Of a stretch of 64,000 bases of DNA, positions 10,731 through 21,213 are shown one piece after another. The notes beneath the pieces were generated by a model. The model was not told the DNA's origin and searched no databases. It was given only the letters and a program-made list of their open reading frames with translations. Within the stretch, counting starts at the first letter, position 1; each line of letters begins with the position of its first letter. The DNA comes from Eledone cirrhosa (Eukaryota): contig OZ024742.1 in NCBI GenBank assembly GCA_964016885.1, positions 235,290,001-235,354,000 on the forward strand, given 5' to 3'. Position numbers and translations under genes: made by a program.

Positions 10731-12639
10731 AGAAATCTAGTCGATACCTGTCAGACAGTTGGAGCTGGCTGATTAGGTGCTTAAGGCTTTTGCACCCCCC
10801 GCTCCTATCAGCTACTCCCACACAATCCCGGCGTGTGTCTAAGATGCCGTTCCAGTCCCCCGCTAACAGTAAAGGGCGAGACGTACCCAGAAAGTTTTCC
10901 AGGCGCCTAAAGAAGTCCGGCCGTCCGGCCAGCAGTCTAAAGGCACCACCTTCGCTACTGCTCACATCCAGGACCACCAACTTACCGTCCGGGTCCCGGA
11001 AGATCGACCTTACCTCGAGATCCAGGCCTTTCCTAAACAGCACTGCCACCCCACCTCACATTCCTGGCCTGCTAACAGATGCGAAGATCTGATAGTCGTC
11101 GAAAATGGGGGCTAGTGCGCGCGTGTCCGAAATCCTGGTCTCGCTGACGGCAATGACATCCATTTCCAGAGACCTGAGGTCGTTGAGCAGGCGACCCTGC
11201 TTCCAGGGTGACCCCAGACCGCGAAGATTTAAACTTCCTACTCTTAATATGGCCATGTTAGCAAACTAAAAGAGAGAGGGAAGGCTTACTTACCCCCGGG
11301 GTCTTGTGAAGGTCTGGTGGTTCGACCTCCATGGTTGGTAGGGTTTCTTATGGGAACCCCTTTAAAAGTCTCGATGTGGGTTTCACATTCGGGGTTCCCA
11401 CGTCTTGAGGAAAGCTCTGCCGAATTTCTTTGAAGGAATCGAGCGACATTCGGACCAGAAGCAAATCTTCTGGCACGCAAAATGTGCTCATTTCAAAGAT
11501 ATCCCCCTCTGTTTGAATGTCCTCGCTTCGTGCTAAGAGGGCAATCAGTTTATCGTTGGCCCTTCTGACAAGCACGAAGTTTTTAATATTTTGTTGGTGT
11601 GGTTTTATTTGTTTTCGTTTTGGTGACTGTGGTCGTGGTGGCTTTGGTGGTGTTGTTTCGGGTATGTCTGTGTTTGTTTTAGGTGTGGTGTCTGCAATTT
11701 CAGGTATCTGTGTGTTTATTTAGGTTGTTTGTGTTTCGGGGATTGTGGAGGTGGTGTTGATGTTGATGTTGGTGCTGATGTTATTGGGGAAGTGTTTGCG
11801 TTAGTGGTGTCTGTATTTTTTGTTGTTTTGTTGGGGCTTTTTTCTTTTGTTTTTTGACACTTTTGGGTTTTCCTTCATCTTCACTGCTGGAAGACAAAGG
11901 GTCTGTGTGTGCGTTTATTGTTTTGTCTATGTGTATAATTGGAGGGGTAGGGGGAGTGGGAGAGCTTTCCTCGTTTTCCCTCTTGATTGGTTTCGGTGTT
12001 GGTGGTGGTCCGGCTGTTTTTGGTGTTGGTGGGGATACCCGTGTCTTTGTTGGTGTTGTTTTTGGTGGTGCTGGTACAGCTTTCCGTGCTGACACTGGCG
12101 TTGGCAACAAAGGAGATTTGCGACGCCCTGCATTTTTGAGCTGAGAGCAGAAGGCTTGCAGATGCGTTGCTTCCCCGCAGACGAAGCAGTGCGGCCTTCC
12201 TCCCTCAGTGACCAGTTGGATTGTTGTCCCGTACTGCAGGAAAGTACACCATCCTCCTTTGCATGGCCGCTATTTCCCCGTCCGGGATGGTCAGGTTTGC
12301 CCAGGACTTCTCTCGTTTAATTAACCTCCACGCCTGGGCCAACTGCTGTTCCTTATCGCTAATATCTACATTGAAAAAGCGCTTTGTTTTCGCTGCTGCC
12401 GCTGCAAAGGTGCTTTTGTTGTTGGTGTTGTCGTTCTTGCTCTTGTTGTTGTTGTTGTTGTTGTTGTTTTTTTGTTTGTTGTTGTTGCCGCCGTCATCAA
12501 TGTTTACATTGAGGCTGTCGGTGTTGTTGTTGTGGTGATGTTATTTTGAGATGGTACTGCAACTATTACAGAAGGGAGTGGTTGTCATGGTAACTTTTGT
12601 TTTGTTTTTATATTCAGTGGGATGAACGACAGGCATGTC

Positions 12640-12677
<38 letters not shown>

Positions 12678-12958
12678 CGGTGGCAGTCGGCGGCGGTGGT
12701 GGTGGTGGTGAGATCTATAGTGGTTGTTTTTGAATGTTTGACCTGTACGTTGTTTACTGTTTCAAGGTCGAAATCGTCCATATATTTTTTTTTTTATGGA
12801 GAAGCGATTTTTTTCTGAGTTTTTAAAAATATATCTCAATATTCGGGCTTTAAGCCCAAATATTGAGAGTTCCCCTCCTTGGAACCAAGGTGGGTACCTA
12901 ATGCTTCGTTATCGACAAGAAAATACAAAAAATTATACTTTAAAACAGCTTAAAGTTA
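10731..12958 (-). mobile_element. Degenerate Tx1-like LINE, divergent subfamily: leader, ORF1 and APE N-terminus; 3' part missing
   Basis: MAILRVGSLNLRGLGSPWKQGRLLNDLRS and GDWNGILD match the ORF2 start of the 2180..5617 element. EGRPHCFVCGEATHLQAFC knuckle near 12150-12205. Confidence 0.85.
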
Positions 12959-13044
12959 AATAATAATAATAATAATAATTGTTTCTACTTTTGGGACAAG
13001 GCCAGCAATTATCACAGTGCATTACTGGTACTTTATTTTATCGA

Positions 13045-13390
13045 GTGCTCAGGTGCACTACAACTCATCAAAGGTGTATATATATTACATAGAATAATGT
13101 ACAGATGCGTGCGAGCATGTCTATGGGGGGGGGGGGGGGGGGGGGGGTATTAGGCGAATTTTGGGAAGCATGGAAATTTTAAAGGATGCAGTGTCCAGAC
13201 AGCTAACAACTGATGCAGTTAGTTTGTTTCATGCTTCAGCAACTCTGACCATGAAAAAATGTTTTCAAAAGTCATGGGAGCTGTACTGTTTTCTAACTTT
13301 GTAGGCATGTCCATGGGTGTTAGACACATGGAATTCAAAAAGGTACCCAAGGTTATTGTTGGAAAGATGATTAGTAATTTTGTTGGTTGC
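13045..13390 (-). mobile_element. CR1-like LINE 3' fragment
   Basis: Minus-strand translation NTHGHAYKVRKQ..HFFMVRVAEA*NKL..VVS..TASFK resembles the CR1 ORF2 C-terminus (TRGH..K...FF..RV...WN.LP). Confidence 0.6.
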
Positions 13391-13427
13391 ATGTAGTGGT
13401 TATTTGGATTGTTATATTCAATACTAG

Positions 13428-14261
13428 GGCATTGGTAAAATATAACGTCCGGGAAAGTGAAACTAATTTTTATGACAAGTGAATGTGTTTGTTTTTTAGT
13501 ATTGCGTGTGTAATTATTTTTTCTTTTTCTTTTTTTGTGTATTGTGTGTACGGAAAATTATACTTACCTTGTCAACATCCTATACTTACCTTATCAACAT
13601 CCTTATTAGACCGTATAAATAGCTGAAATACAGTTGATCATCTCGCCAAATTTGTTGGCACCAACTCTCTGCCGCCAAAGAAATTCAGCTAAATACGAGG
13701 GGAATAAATCGTCGCTTGTCCCATGTTGTCGACGGAGCTTTTTCTTCGCACGGCTCCAAGTGTTCTCTATGAGTTGTGTGTGCACATTAGGGTCTTTAGG
13801 ATCGACAAAGTTCCGTTGGTGCACAACAACATCATGGAGGTAAATGCCACCTTGAATTTCCTCAATATCTCTGACCCAAATCCTTTATCATTCTCTGTCC
13901 TTCTTATGACTCGGCCTTAATTTCTTTGGGGGACAGAAAGTTGGTGCCAACTTTGGCAAGATATTACAAAAACATCTAAACGATGATGATGACACAAACA
14001 CATATATATATACAAACACACATATATATATATATACATACAGACACACACATATATATACACACATATACACACCCACACATATATATATAAGAGAAAA
14101 TAATCACACACGCAATACTAATTAACACCATATCACTATAGAGACCTGTTGTAAATAAACAAACTGTATCGTAATTTTCAGTGTAAAAAAAAACAAACAA
14201 ACACATTCACTTGTCATAAAAATTAGTTTCACTTTCCCGGACGTTATATTTTACCAATGCC
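13428..14261 (-). mobile_element. Merlin (IS1595-like) DNA transposon, internally deleted
   Basis: TIRs of about 68 bp (GGCATTGGTAAAATATAACGTCCGGG...); 9-bp TSD CAATACTAG; ORF 13606..13824 HQRNFVDP..VHTQLIENTW..YLAEFLWR is a Merlin transposase C-terminus. Confidence 0.92.
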
Positions 14262-14321
14262 CAATACTAGTATTTTGACTCAAATAAATATTATAAGAGT
14301 GAAATTAGGGCTTACAAATTT

Positions 14322-14515
14322 AATAATTGTTTCTACTTTAGGCACGAGGCCAGCAAATACCCAGTACATTACTGGTACTTTATTTTATTGACCCCGCAAG
14401 GATGAAAGGCAAAGTTAACCTTGGCGGGATTTGAATTCAGACTGTAAGGGGACGTAACTATGCTAGAAAGCATAGCGTCCAACCCTCTACCGATACTGCC
14501 AATTCACCGCCCGCT
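14322..14515 (-). mobile_element. SINE with Nin/Deu-type central domain (partial copies also at about 12960-13045, 22560-22610, 22695-22780, 38325-38417, 40725-40865)
   Basis: GCCTTTCATCCTT.CGGGGTC.ATAAAATAAAGTACCAG motif; TTCAAATCCC B-box-like; (TTA) tail. Confidence 0.7.
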
Positions 14516-14872
14516 TACACATTTAATAATACTTATTAATTAAAGTTATGACCAATTTTAATACGAACTAGCAGTAAAGCCCGGTGCTGCTCGGGGTCGC
14601 TCAGTAGCTGTGTTAAAGTTACAATGTTAAGTTTCTTTTTTGGCTTAAAAACTGTAGTGTCTACTGTGCAGACTTGCATGTGGTGTTTTTGATTAATATT
14701 CCCTCAACCAACAATATGCCTTATGAAGTTAAGAAAACATAACGATAACCCGAATGTTATAACAAAAGAGGATGCTGGGGATAAAAACTGCACTGGTTAT
14801 TTATTAACAAAGATCGAAAATGTAAACACTGCAACGCAGAGAAAAACATTAGCGTAACCAAATTATCAGTTA

Positions 14873-15001
14873 TGTCTGTCTGCACGCCTATATCACCTCT
14901 CTGCACGACTATCTGTCTGCACGCCTATATCACCTCTCTGCACGACTATCTGTCTGCACGCCTATATCACCTCTCTGCACGACTGTCTGTCTGCACGCCT
15001 A
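14873..15001. repeat. 37-bp minisatellite inside the Helitron (also at 21530-21646 and 21931-22059)
   Basis: Unit CGCCTATATCACCTCTCTGCACGACT(A/G)TCTGTCTGCA, about 3 copies per array. Confidence 0.92.
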
Positions 15002-16426
15002 ACGAAATTTACAGATACATATATTTTAAATAAACTTATATAATTTTTGCTTTTTTTTACGAAATATTTGCTTGTTTTACGTAGTCTTTAAATAGACTTG
15101 TTTTCAAGTAAAAATATTGTTTTAAAAGGCTTTTAAATGGAAATGAAGCAAAACGGAAGCTTAGTGTTCGAACTGATGAAGCTGTGTTAAAGTTACAATG
15201 TTAAGTTTCTTTCTTGGCTTAAAAACTGTAGTGTCTACTGTGCAGACTTGCATGTGGTGTTTTTGATTAATATTCCCTCAACCAACAATATGCCTTATGA
15301 AGTTAAGAAAACATAACGATAACCCGAATGTTATAACAAAAGAGGATGCTGGGGATAGAAACTGCACTGGTTATTTATTAACAAAGATCGAAAATGTAAA
15401 CACTGCAACGCAGAGAAAAACATTAGCGTAACCAAATTATCAGTTATTTTGAAACAAAGAAATTGGATGGACATGAAGAACAAAAAAAAAAATGCGTTAT
15501 CTGAAGTCGAGGGGCAGGCAGCATCAAATAGGTTTGCACTTGTGATAAAAAATATTGACAATGTAATAGCTCAGATGTTTAAGTATAAAGTATGAAGAGC
15601 TCATAACATACCCATGGTGAGTTTGACGGGCAGATTATAGACAGCCACAGCATGCGAAATGGATAGCTGCAGCAAAAGCCATATTCACCAAAAAGAATCA
15701 CTAAAATCAACAAAACAGAAATGCTGCTTCCATTGCATCTTCAGGTGCAACTGAGAATGATGACGAAAGTTTACTTTGACGCACCAGAAATGCTGTTGTC
15801 GCTTGTTGTCCATGTCGGAATGCATATTGAAACAATGAAAGAAATGACGGAAACAATCTGTGTATGTATGCGGCAAGTTGTGTGTGTCTACGTATTAAAC
15901 GCCGGACTTGTCAGCGACTGGAGGGTGTCCTTAACAATCGAAAGCATCAATTCCAGAGTCCACTTTGACTTGCAAGCAATGCCGGGCCTATAGGTCTCGT
16001 GATGTGTCCTATGGTGTCAGAGGCGTTGTGCTTGTTAAGAAGTTGGCGTCATGTCGTCAGTTTCGAAGTTGCTGATGTCGCGTGTGTGTTAATGCATGAG
16101 CACGCATGTATGTCGTTCTTTTAACTGTGTGTGGGCGTATGTGTGGGTGCATATGATGGCGGTGTGTGCAAATACGAAGTGCGAATAAGTTTGTATATAG
16201 TTCTGTTGTTTGACATATATTTGTACAATGGTAGAAAATTCAAATGAGAAGTGATTCACTGTTGCATTGGTAACTGTAATTTACTCTGCAAATGCACTGA
16301 AAGGTATGTCTAGGTGTCAATAGAATGCACTGCGTCAATGTTGAATAAGTCTCCTTTTTTCAGGTTTCGTAGATGCTATATATTTAAGGCAGTTGGTGTA
16401 ACATTGCCATTTTGAACATAAAAACT

Positions 16427-18067
16427 CTATAAAACCTCACGGTATACAATATTCTTTGTTTTTCCATTTGGAGCAAAGGCAAAAAGGTTATTCCGGCTGC
16501 CAACTCGAGAACATCCAACGTAGAATTGTCCATGTGAGAAACATGGTTCCTCCAGGTGAAGTCCTGCAACAGATAAAGTCTGACCCTGGGACTTGTTGAT
16601 GGACATAGCAAAGGCAGCACAAAGGGGAAATTGAGTTCTTTTAAAAGAATAGGGTGCATCCACTCCTGATGTAGTAAGAGTTACCATAGGTATTAAAACA
16701 TCTTCTCCTTTTCCACACCCTGACATAATCGTAGCATAAATAATGTGCTGTGACATCCTATTGACAACAAGGCGTGTACCATTGCAAAGCTTGGGAGGAG
16801 TTATATTCCTGAGAAGTATAACTGGACATCCTTCCTTGAGAGACAAAATATGTTGAGGTAGACCGGGAATATCCAATGAATTGAGGAATTCAATGGGATA
16901 ACTGACCGCATCATGTGGATCAACATTGGTATCAATAGACTTAAAAGTCATATCATTTCCAGGAAGACTTTCAAGCATTTGGTGATTAATGGCGGAGACA
17001 GTGACATTTGTAGGAGCTAATATAGCCCTCTCACACAGCCATGCATGATTGCGGTAATTATCTACCAAGCTGGGAAAAACGGCTGCCTTGAGATCTTCGA
17101 CAGTGTTAACCTGACAGCATATATTGTCGAGTGCAATGTCTCTATGCACATCTGAAGGTACTTTGCCGTCGCCAAGAATGAGAAGGTCTTCAGCAAATTT
17201 TTCAGACACAGTATCGCCATGCAGTTGAATACGCATGTTAGTGGTCAGACGAAGTGTTGTTACCTGTTGCCACAATGGAGAAGACTTCAGGCAGGCCCGA
17301 ACTTGATCCGCTCTGGTGCCCTTTGGAATAACCGGCAAAGTTTGTCGAAAGTCCCCTGAAAGCAAAAGAGTTACACCCCCCATGGTCTCCTGACAGTCTC
17401 TAATGTCTTTTAGCGTTCTATCTAAGGCCTCAATAGCTCCTTTGTGAGCCATGGTACATTCATCCCACACAATCAGTTGGCACCGCCGTAGCAGTTCTGC
17501 TCTGGGACTATCCTTGGTGATGTCACAGAGTGGTGTTTCAGCTGATACCAAGTTAAGCGGAAGCTTAAAGGTAGAATGTGCTGTCCTACCGCCAGGAAGT
17601 AGTGTTGCAGCAATACCAGATGATGCAACAGCTATTGCGATAACTTCATTCTGTCTAACTTTGGCAAGAATAAGTTTAGTCACAAAGGTTTTTCCAGTGC
17701 CTCCAGGGGCATCAAGAAAGAAGATACCACCCGATCGATGAAATACATAATCAGTGATAGTGTTGTATGCTAATTGTTGATCAGGAAGTAGTTTTGATTC
17801 CATTTCAAACACATATCTAGCTAGAGCATCGACATCATAAGATGTTTCTTGGATGATGAGAATTGGAATTTTATTAGAATCAGTGCGGTGGGTTTGTGGA
17901 AGACCGTATGCTGGCAAGGCATTCCCACCCATAAGGAAAATCCTGTCCTCTATATCTATAAGCCCTTTATTGTATAAATCATCACTGAAATCTATTTCTA
18001 TGTCAGGAAGTAGTAGTTGAGCCTGGTGAAGGAAGTCCTCAGACAGTTGGTTCCGAAACTTCAACAT
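16427..18067 (-). CDS. Helitron RepHel, C-terminal Pif1-family SF1B helicase
   Basis: DAPGGTGKT, GRTAHS, WDEC, GDFRQ, LCNGTRL, INKSQGQT, FSHGQFYV. Confidence 0.95.
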   Translation of the reverse strand: MLKFRNQLSEDFLHQAQLLLPDIEIDFSDDLYNKGLIDIEDRIFLMGGNALPAYGLPQTHRTDSNKIPILIIQETSYDVDALARYVFEMESKLLPDQQLAYNTITDYVFHRSGGIFFLDAPGGTGKTFVTKLILAKVRQNEVIAIAVASSGIAATLLPGGRTAHSTFKLPLNLVSAETPLCDITKDSPRAELLRRCQLIVWDECTMAHKGAIEALDRTLKDIRDCQETMGGVTLLLSGDFRQTLPVIPKGTRADQVRACLKSSPLWQQVTTLRLTTNMRIQLHGDTVSEKFAEDLLILGDGKVPSDVHRDIALDNICCQVNTVEDLKAAVFPSLVDNYRNHAWLCERAILAPTNVTVSAINHQMLESLPGNDMTFKSIDTNVDPHDAVSYPIEFLNSLDIPGLPQHILSLKEGCPVILLRNITPPKLCNGTRLVVNRMSQHIIYATIMSGCGKGEDVLIPMVTLTTSGVDAPYSFKRTQFPLCAAFAMSINKSQGQTLSVAGLHLEEPCFSHGQFYVGCSRVGSRNNLFAFAPNGKTKNIVYREVL

Positions 18068-21000
18068 AATGTGTAGGGATCACAAATGTTACATAAGTGA
18101 AGAAGCTTTGCAAAGACCTCTCGTAGGCTTCCAGCTGAGTGTGATGAAGCGATCTCCACCAAGGTTGCATCCCATCGTGAGTCATCTTCAAGCATTCCAC
18201 GAGCCAAACAGGCATCTCTGTATGTAGACCAAACACGATTACTGAAAGTTCTGAGGTCCTGAAAACTGGTCGGTCCTTTGACCTCATGCAGTAGCATTCG
18301 AAGATAGAAGCAACTGTGTTGATTTGGAGGAATCGTATACACTCGCCCCAAGCAATTAGTGAATTTGATTCCAGGAACTCCAATAACTGGTTGGCCAGTC
18401 TTTCTGCGACACCACGTTTTTTTATTCCATGTGTAGTATGATGGCACCTGAGGATACAGCAATGATTTTGCGAACTCATCGTATTTGCACAGTTTGAAGA
18501 ATCCAGTTAAAGTTGTCTCCCTTGGGGTCTGTGCTAATTCAGTGGCATTTTCATTGGTATAATACACCCGTTGACCGTGTTCTAGGTGTACATCTAATTT
18601 TACAATTGAAGGGTGCCTATCATGTATTGGAAAACCAAAGATTCGCCAAAAGGCCTCGCTACTACTTATGTATCGACCTACTTGGAATTGTGTTACTTCG
18701 TCTCTATTGTTTTCGTTGAGTATACCGAACGAAGCAGTGTCAGAACCTTTATTAACATACTTACATATGTATTTGATGCACTTGACGGAGCTACAGAATT
18801 CAACATTAATGTGTGCGTTGAAAGTACTGAGCAGGAGTGGACAATAGGGAATGATCCATCGCCATTCAACCTCGCCATTCTTAACCCTAGCCGTAAAACC
18901 TCCATCTTCAGGTCGCCTACGTCTATATAATGGGTAGCCATCATTGCCAGTCTGAGTATCGCGAATAAATTGACGGGGAAATTTTTTAGTGCATCTTTTA
19001 TTGCCTGTAACGCATGGTAAGTCGGTTCTAAAGCCAGGCCCACATGGACCATGCACCATATGTGCCCTAACTTTCATGTACAAGTCCTTGTCAGTGGAAG
19101 GATCTGGTAATTCTGCAGAGATGATCCTGTCAATGTCGTTAGAACTAACCTTTGTTGTCAGCCAAATAAGAATATGAGCATGGGGGAGGCCCCTTTTTTG
19201 CCATTCGATTGTGTACATGTCACATTGAACTGGTCCGAAAACCTCACCTAATTTCATAAGATCCATAAGCTTAAGTAACTTAAGACGGAATACTCTAGCT
19301 GCGAGATCATGTCGGCGTGTGGTGTTCTGACCAGGAAGGAGTTCGTCCTCAATCTCCTTCCAATTGGGGTTACATGTAAAAGTTATGAATAAGTCTGGCC
19401 TACCGTAATGTCGTACAATTGTCATGGCGTCCTGAGTCCTTTCATGCATATATCGAGGGCTTCCCGTGAAGGTAGAGGGCAGAATGCATACTTTTCTAAG
19501 ACTCTCAGGATCCGCATCATTGTTCATTCCATCCCGAAGGTGTATGTAGCTGTCACAACGCAACTTTTTTTGATTGAGTTTGATAAAACACAATCTCTCT
19601 GATTCCATTTTTGCACACATGTCAGTTGCATACTGGTTGAAAAGGTCTTGAGAGCGGTGGAGGTGATTAAAACAGTCATCTCGGATCATGAATCGAAATG
19701 CATAGAAGTCCTTGCATGAAACTGTTTTGGTAGAATGAACCTCTGAATTGGTAGAGTTACATTGTGGAATGCCAAAATGGTATCCATCCTCTCCATATAC
19801 AAAAAGCAGTGGGTATTGGAGTGCGTCGTATGATGTGTGTGTTTCACTGATCCGTTGAAGTCCGTGGTCGCGATGCTTGATAACAATGTCACGTTTGTTG
19901 TGCTGATCACCAGCGAGAAGTATCGCAACCTCATTCAAAGAAGGTGAATTATAGCGGCCTGCATGTTCTTCAGATGGCCGCTTGTCAGCATCAATGACAA
20001 CATAGTAATTATCAACAGGAGCTGTTTCTAATGCATATTTAAAGCTCTGAACATAGCTGTTGTGACTATGAAGCATGTCTTGAAGTTCAAAAAGGAGCTC
20101 CTGTCTAGTGTCATAGGCAATTGAATATTTCCTTGTTGCTTGTGGACAGTCAGTTAAGTTATTTGTTTTTTCTTTTGGGAAGGCAAATGTATTTCGCCTT
20201 GTAGCTTGTTGAAGGCAGTTGGACATGAAGTAGACCTGGAGAAATCGGGGCTCTTTATTATCTACAGGCTCCAGTGATCCGATAAGATGATAAACCTGAC
20301 CTTGAACTTTGAAAGTGGGCATAAATCCACCTTCATATTCATAACTCGATCCAAAAGATGTCATTTGGAAGGCACAATTATAATGTCGAATATCTAGAAG
20401 GAAAGCTCTGGAGAGTGAATGGGTGCCTGTAAGAAGAAGCCTCAATGGCTGTGGTGGATCTCTAGGAGGGTGCAAGTTGACCTTACCATTAGAGCAGCAC
20501 ATTCCGGCTGGTTCGCCCGGCCACTTTTTAGCTTTGCAAAACTGGCAAATTCCAGACATGTCACCAATTTGAATATGAAGGTGTGTAGCATAATTATTAG
20601 CGGGGACATAATTGAAAGCCTTCAATGACCACCGTGATTTCGCAGCCCTCGAAATACCCCGCTTATTGGCTTTAAACTGAAAAACACCCCCCAGTCGAAT
20701 AGTTCGGTTACCCGCTGTCTCCGCTTCTCGCGCAGCTGCAGTAGCAGCCGCATCTCTGCCCTGACGAAGTATACGTTCAATAGCATTCTCTGCAGCTCGA
20801 ACAGTTGCAGTAACAGCCGCATCTCTGCTTTGACGGAGTTTACGTTGAACATCATTCTCTGCAGCTCGCGTAGCTGCTTTTGCCGTTGCATATCTTGCAA
20901 GCTGAGTTTGACGTTCCACGTGTTTCACTGCAGCACATAAGGATGCAGTTGAAGAAGCATTTCTGGTGCGTCGGAATAAACATTCGTCATAATTCTCAGT

Positions 21001-21213
21001 TGCCTGTGAAGGTGCAATGGAAGCAGCATTTCTGTCCTGTTGACTCAAGCAACGCTCATCGATAGACAGAGCTGTTGTATTCACTGAACACCCCGCTATT
21101 TCAGGCTGTCTAATGCTCGACGACACCTCAGTCAGCCTCCTTCTTTTTGTTATCTGAGACCGCGTCAGTCGTAATAAGGGTGTCCTTTTTTTAGGCATCA
21201 GGGTGGTGGGCAC
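18061..21213 (-). CDS. Helitron RepHel, N-terminal part: STPR-like repeats, Zn finger, HUH Rep domain
   Basis: CQFC..CCSNGKV; GRPDLFITFTCNP; IEWQKRGLPHAHIL (HUH); KYICKYVNKG (Y2). Joined to the helicase by a 1-bp frameshift at about 18065. Confidence 0.95.
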   Translation of the reverse strand: MPTTLMPKKRTPLLRLTRSQITKRRRLTEVSSSIRQPEIAGCSVNTTALSIDERCLSQQDRNAASIAPSQATENYDECLFRRTRNASSTASLCAAVKHVERQTQLARYATAKAATRAAENDVQRKLRQSRDAAVTATVRAAENAIERILRQGRDAAATAAAREAETAGNRTIRLGGVFQFKANKRGISRAAKSRWSLKAFNYVPANNYATHLHIQIGDMSGICQFCKAKKWPGEPAGMCCSNGKVNLHPPRDPPQPLRLLLTGTHSLSRAFLLDIRHYNCAFQMTSFGSSYEYEGGFMPTFKVQGQVYHLIGSLEPVDNKEPRFLQVYFMSNCLQQATRRNTFAFPKEKTNNLTDCPQATRKYSIAYDTRQELLFELQDMLHSHNSYVQSFKYALETAPVDNYYVVIDADKRPSEEHAGRYNSPSLNEVAILLAGDQHNKRDIVIKHRDHGLQRISETHTSYDALQYPLLFVYGEDGYHFGIPQCNSTNSEVHSTKTVSCKDFYAFRFMIRDDCFNHLHRSQDLFNQYATDMCAKMESERLCFIKLNQKKLRCDSYIHLRDGMNNDADPESLRKVCILPSTFTGSPRYMHERTQDAMTIVRHYGRPDLFITFTCNPNWKEIEDELLPGQNTTRRHDLAARVFRLKLLKLMDLMKLGEVFGPVQCDMYTIEWQKRGLPHAHILIWLTTKVSSNDIDRIISAELPDPSTDKDLYMKVRAHMVHGPCGPGFRTDLPCVTGNKRCTKKFPRQFIRDTQTGNDGYPLYRRRRPEDGGFTARVKNGEVEWRWIIPYCPLLLSTFNAHINVEFCSSVKCIKYICKYVNKGSDTASFGILNENNRDEVTQFQVGRYISSSEAFWRIFGFPIHDRHPSIVKLDVHLEHGQRVYYTNENATELAQTPRETTLTGFFKLCKYDEFAKSLLYPQVPSYYTWNKKTWCRRKTGQPVIGVPGIKFTNCLGRVYTIPPNQHSCFYLRMLLHEVKGPTSFQDLRTFSNRVWSTYRDACLARGMLEDDSRWDATLVEIASSHSAGSLREVFAKLLHLCNICDPYTLC

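Noticed and set aside
14873-15001. 37-bp repeats (and the ~92-bp repeats at 30812-31230) as CRISPR arrays
   Set aside because: Contiguous tandem units without unique spacers, no cas genes, eukaryotic context.
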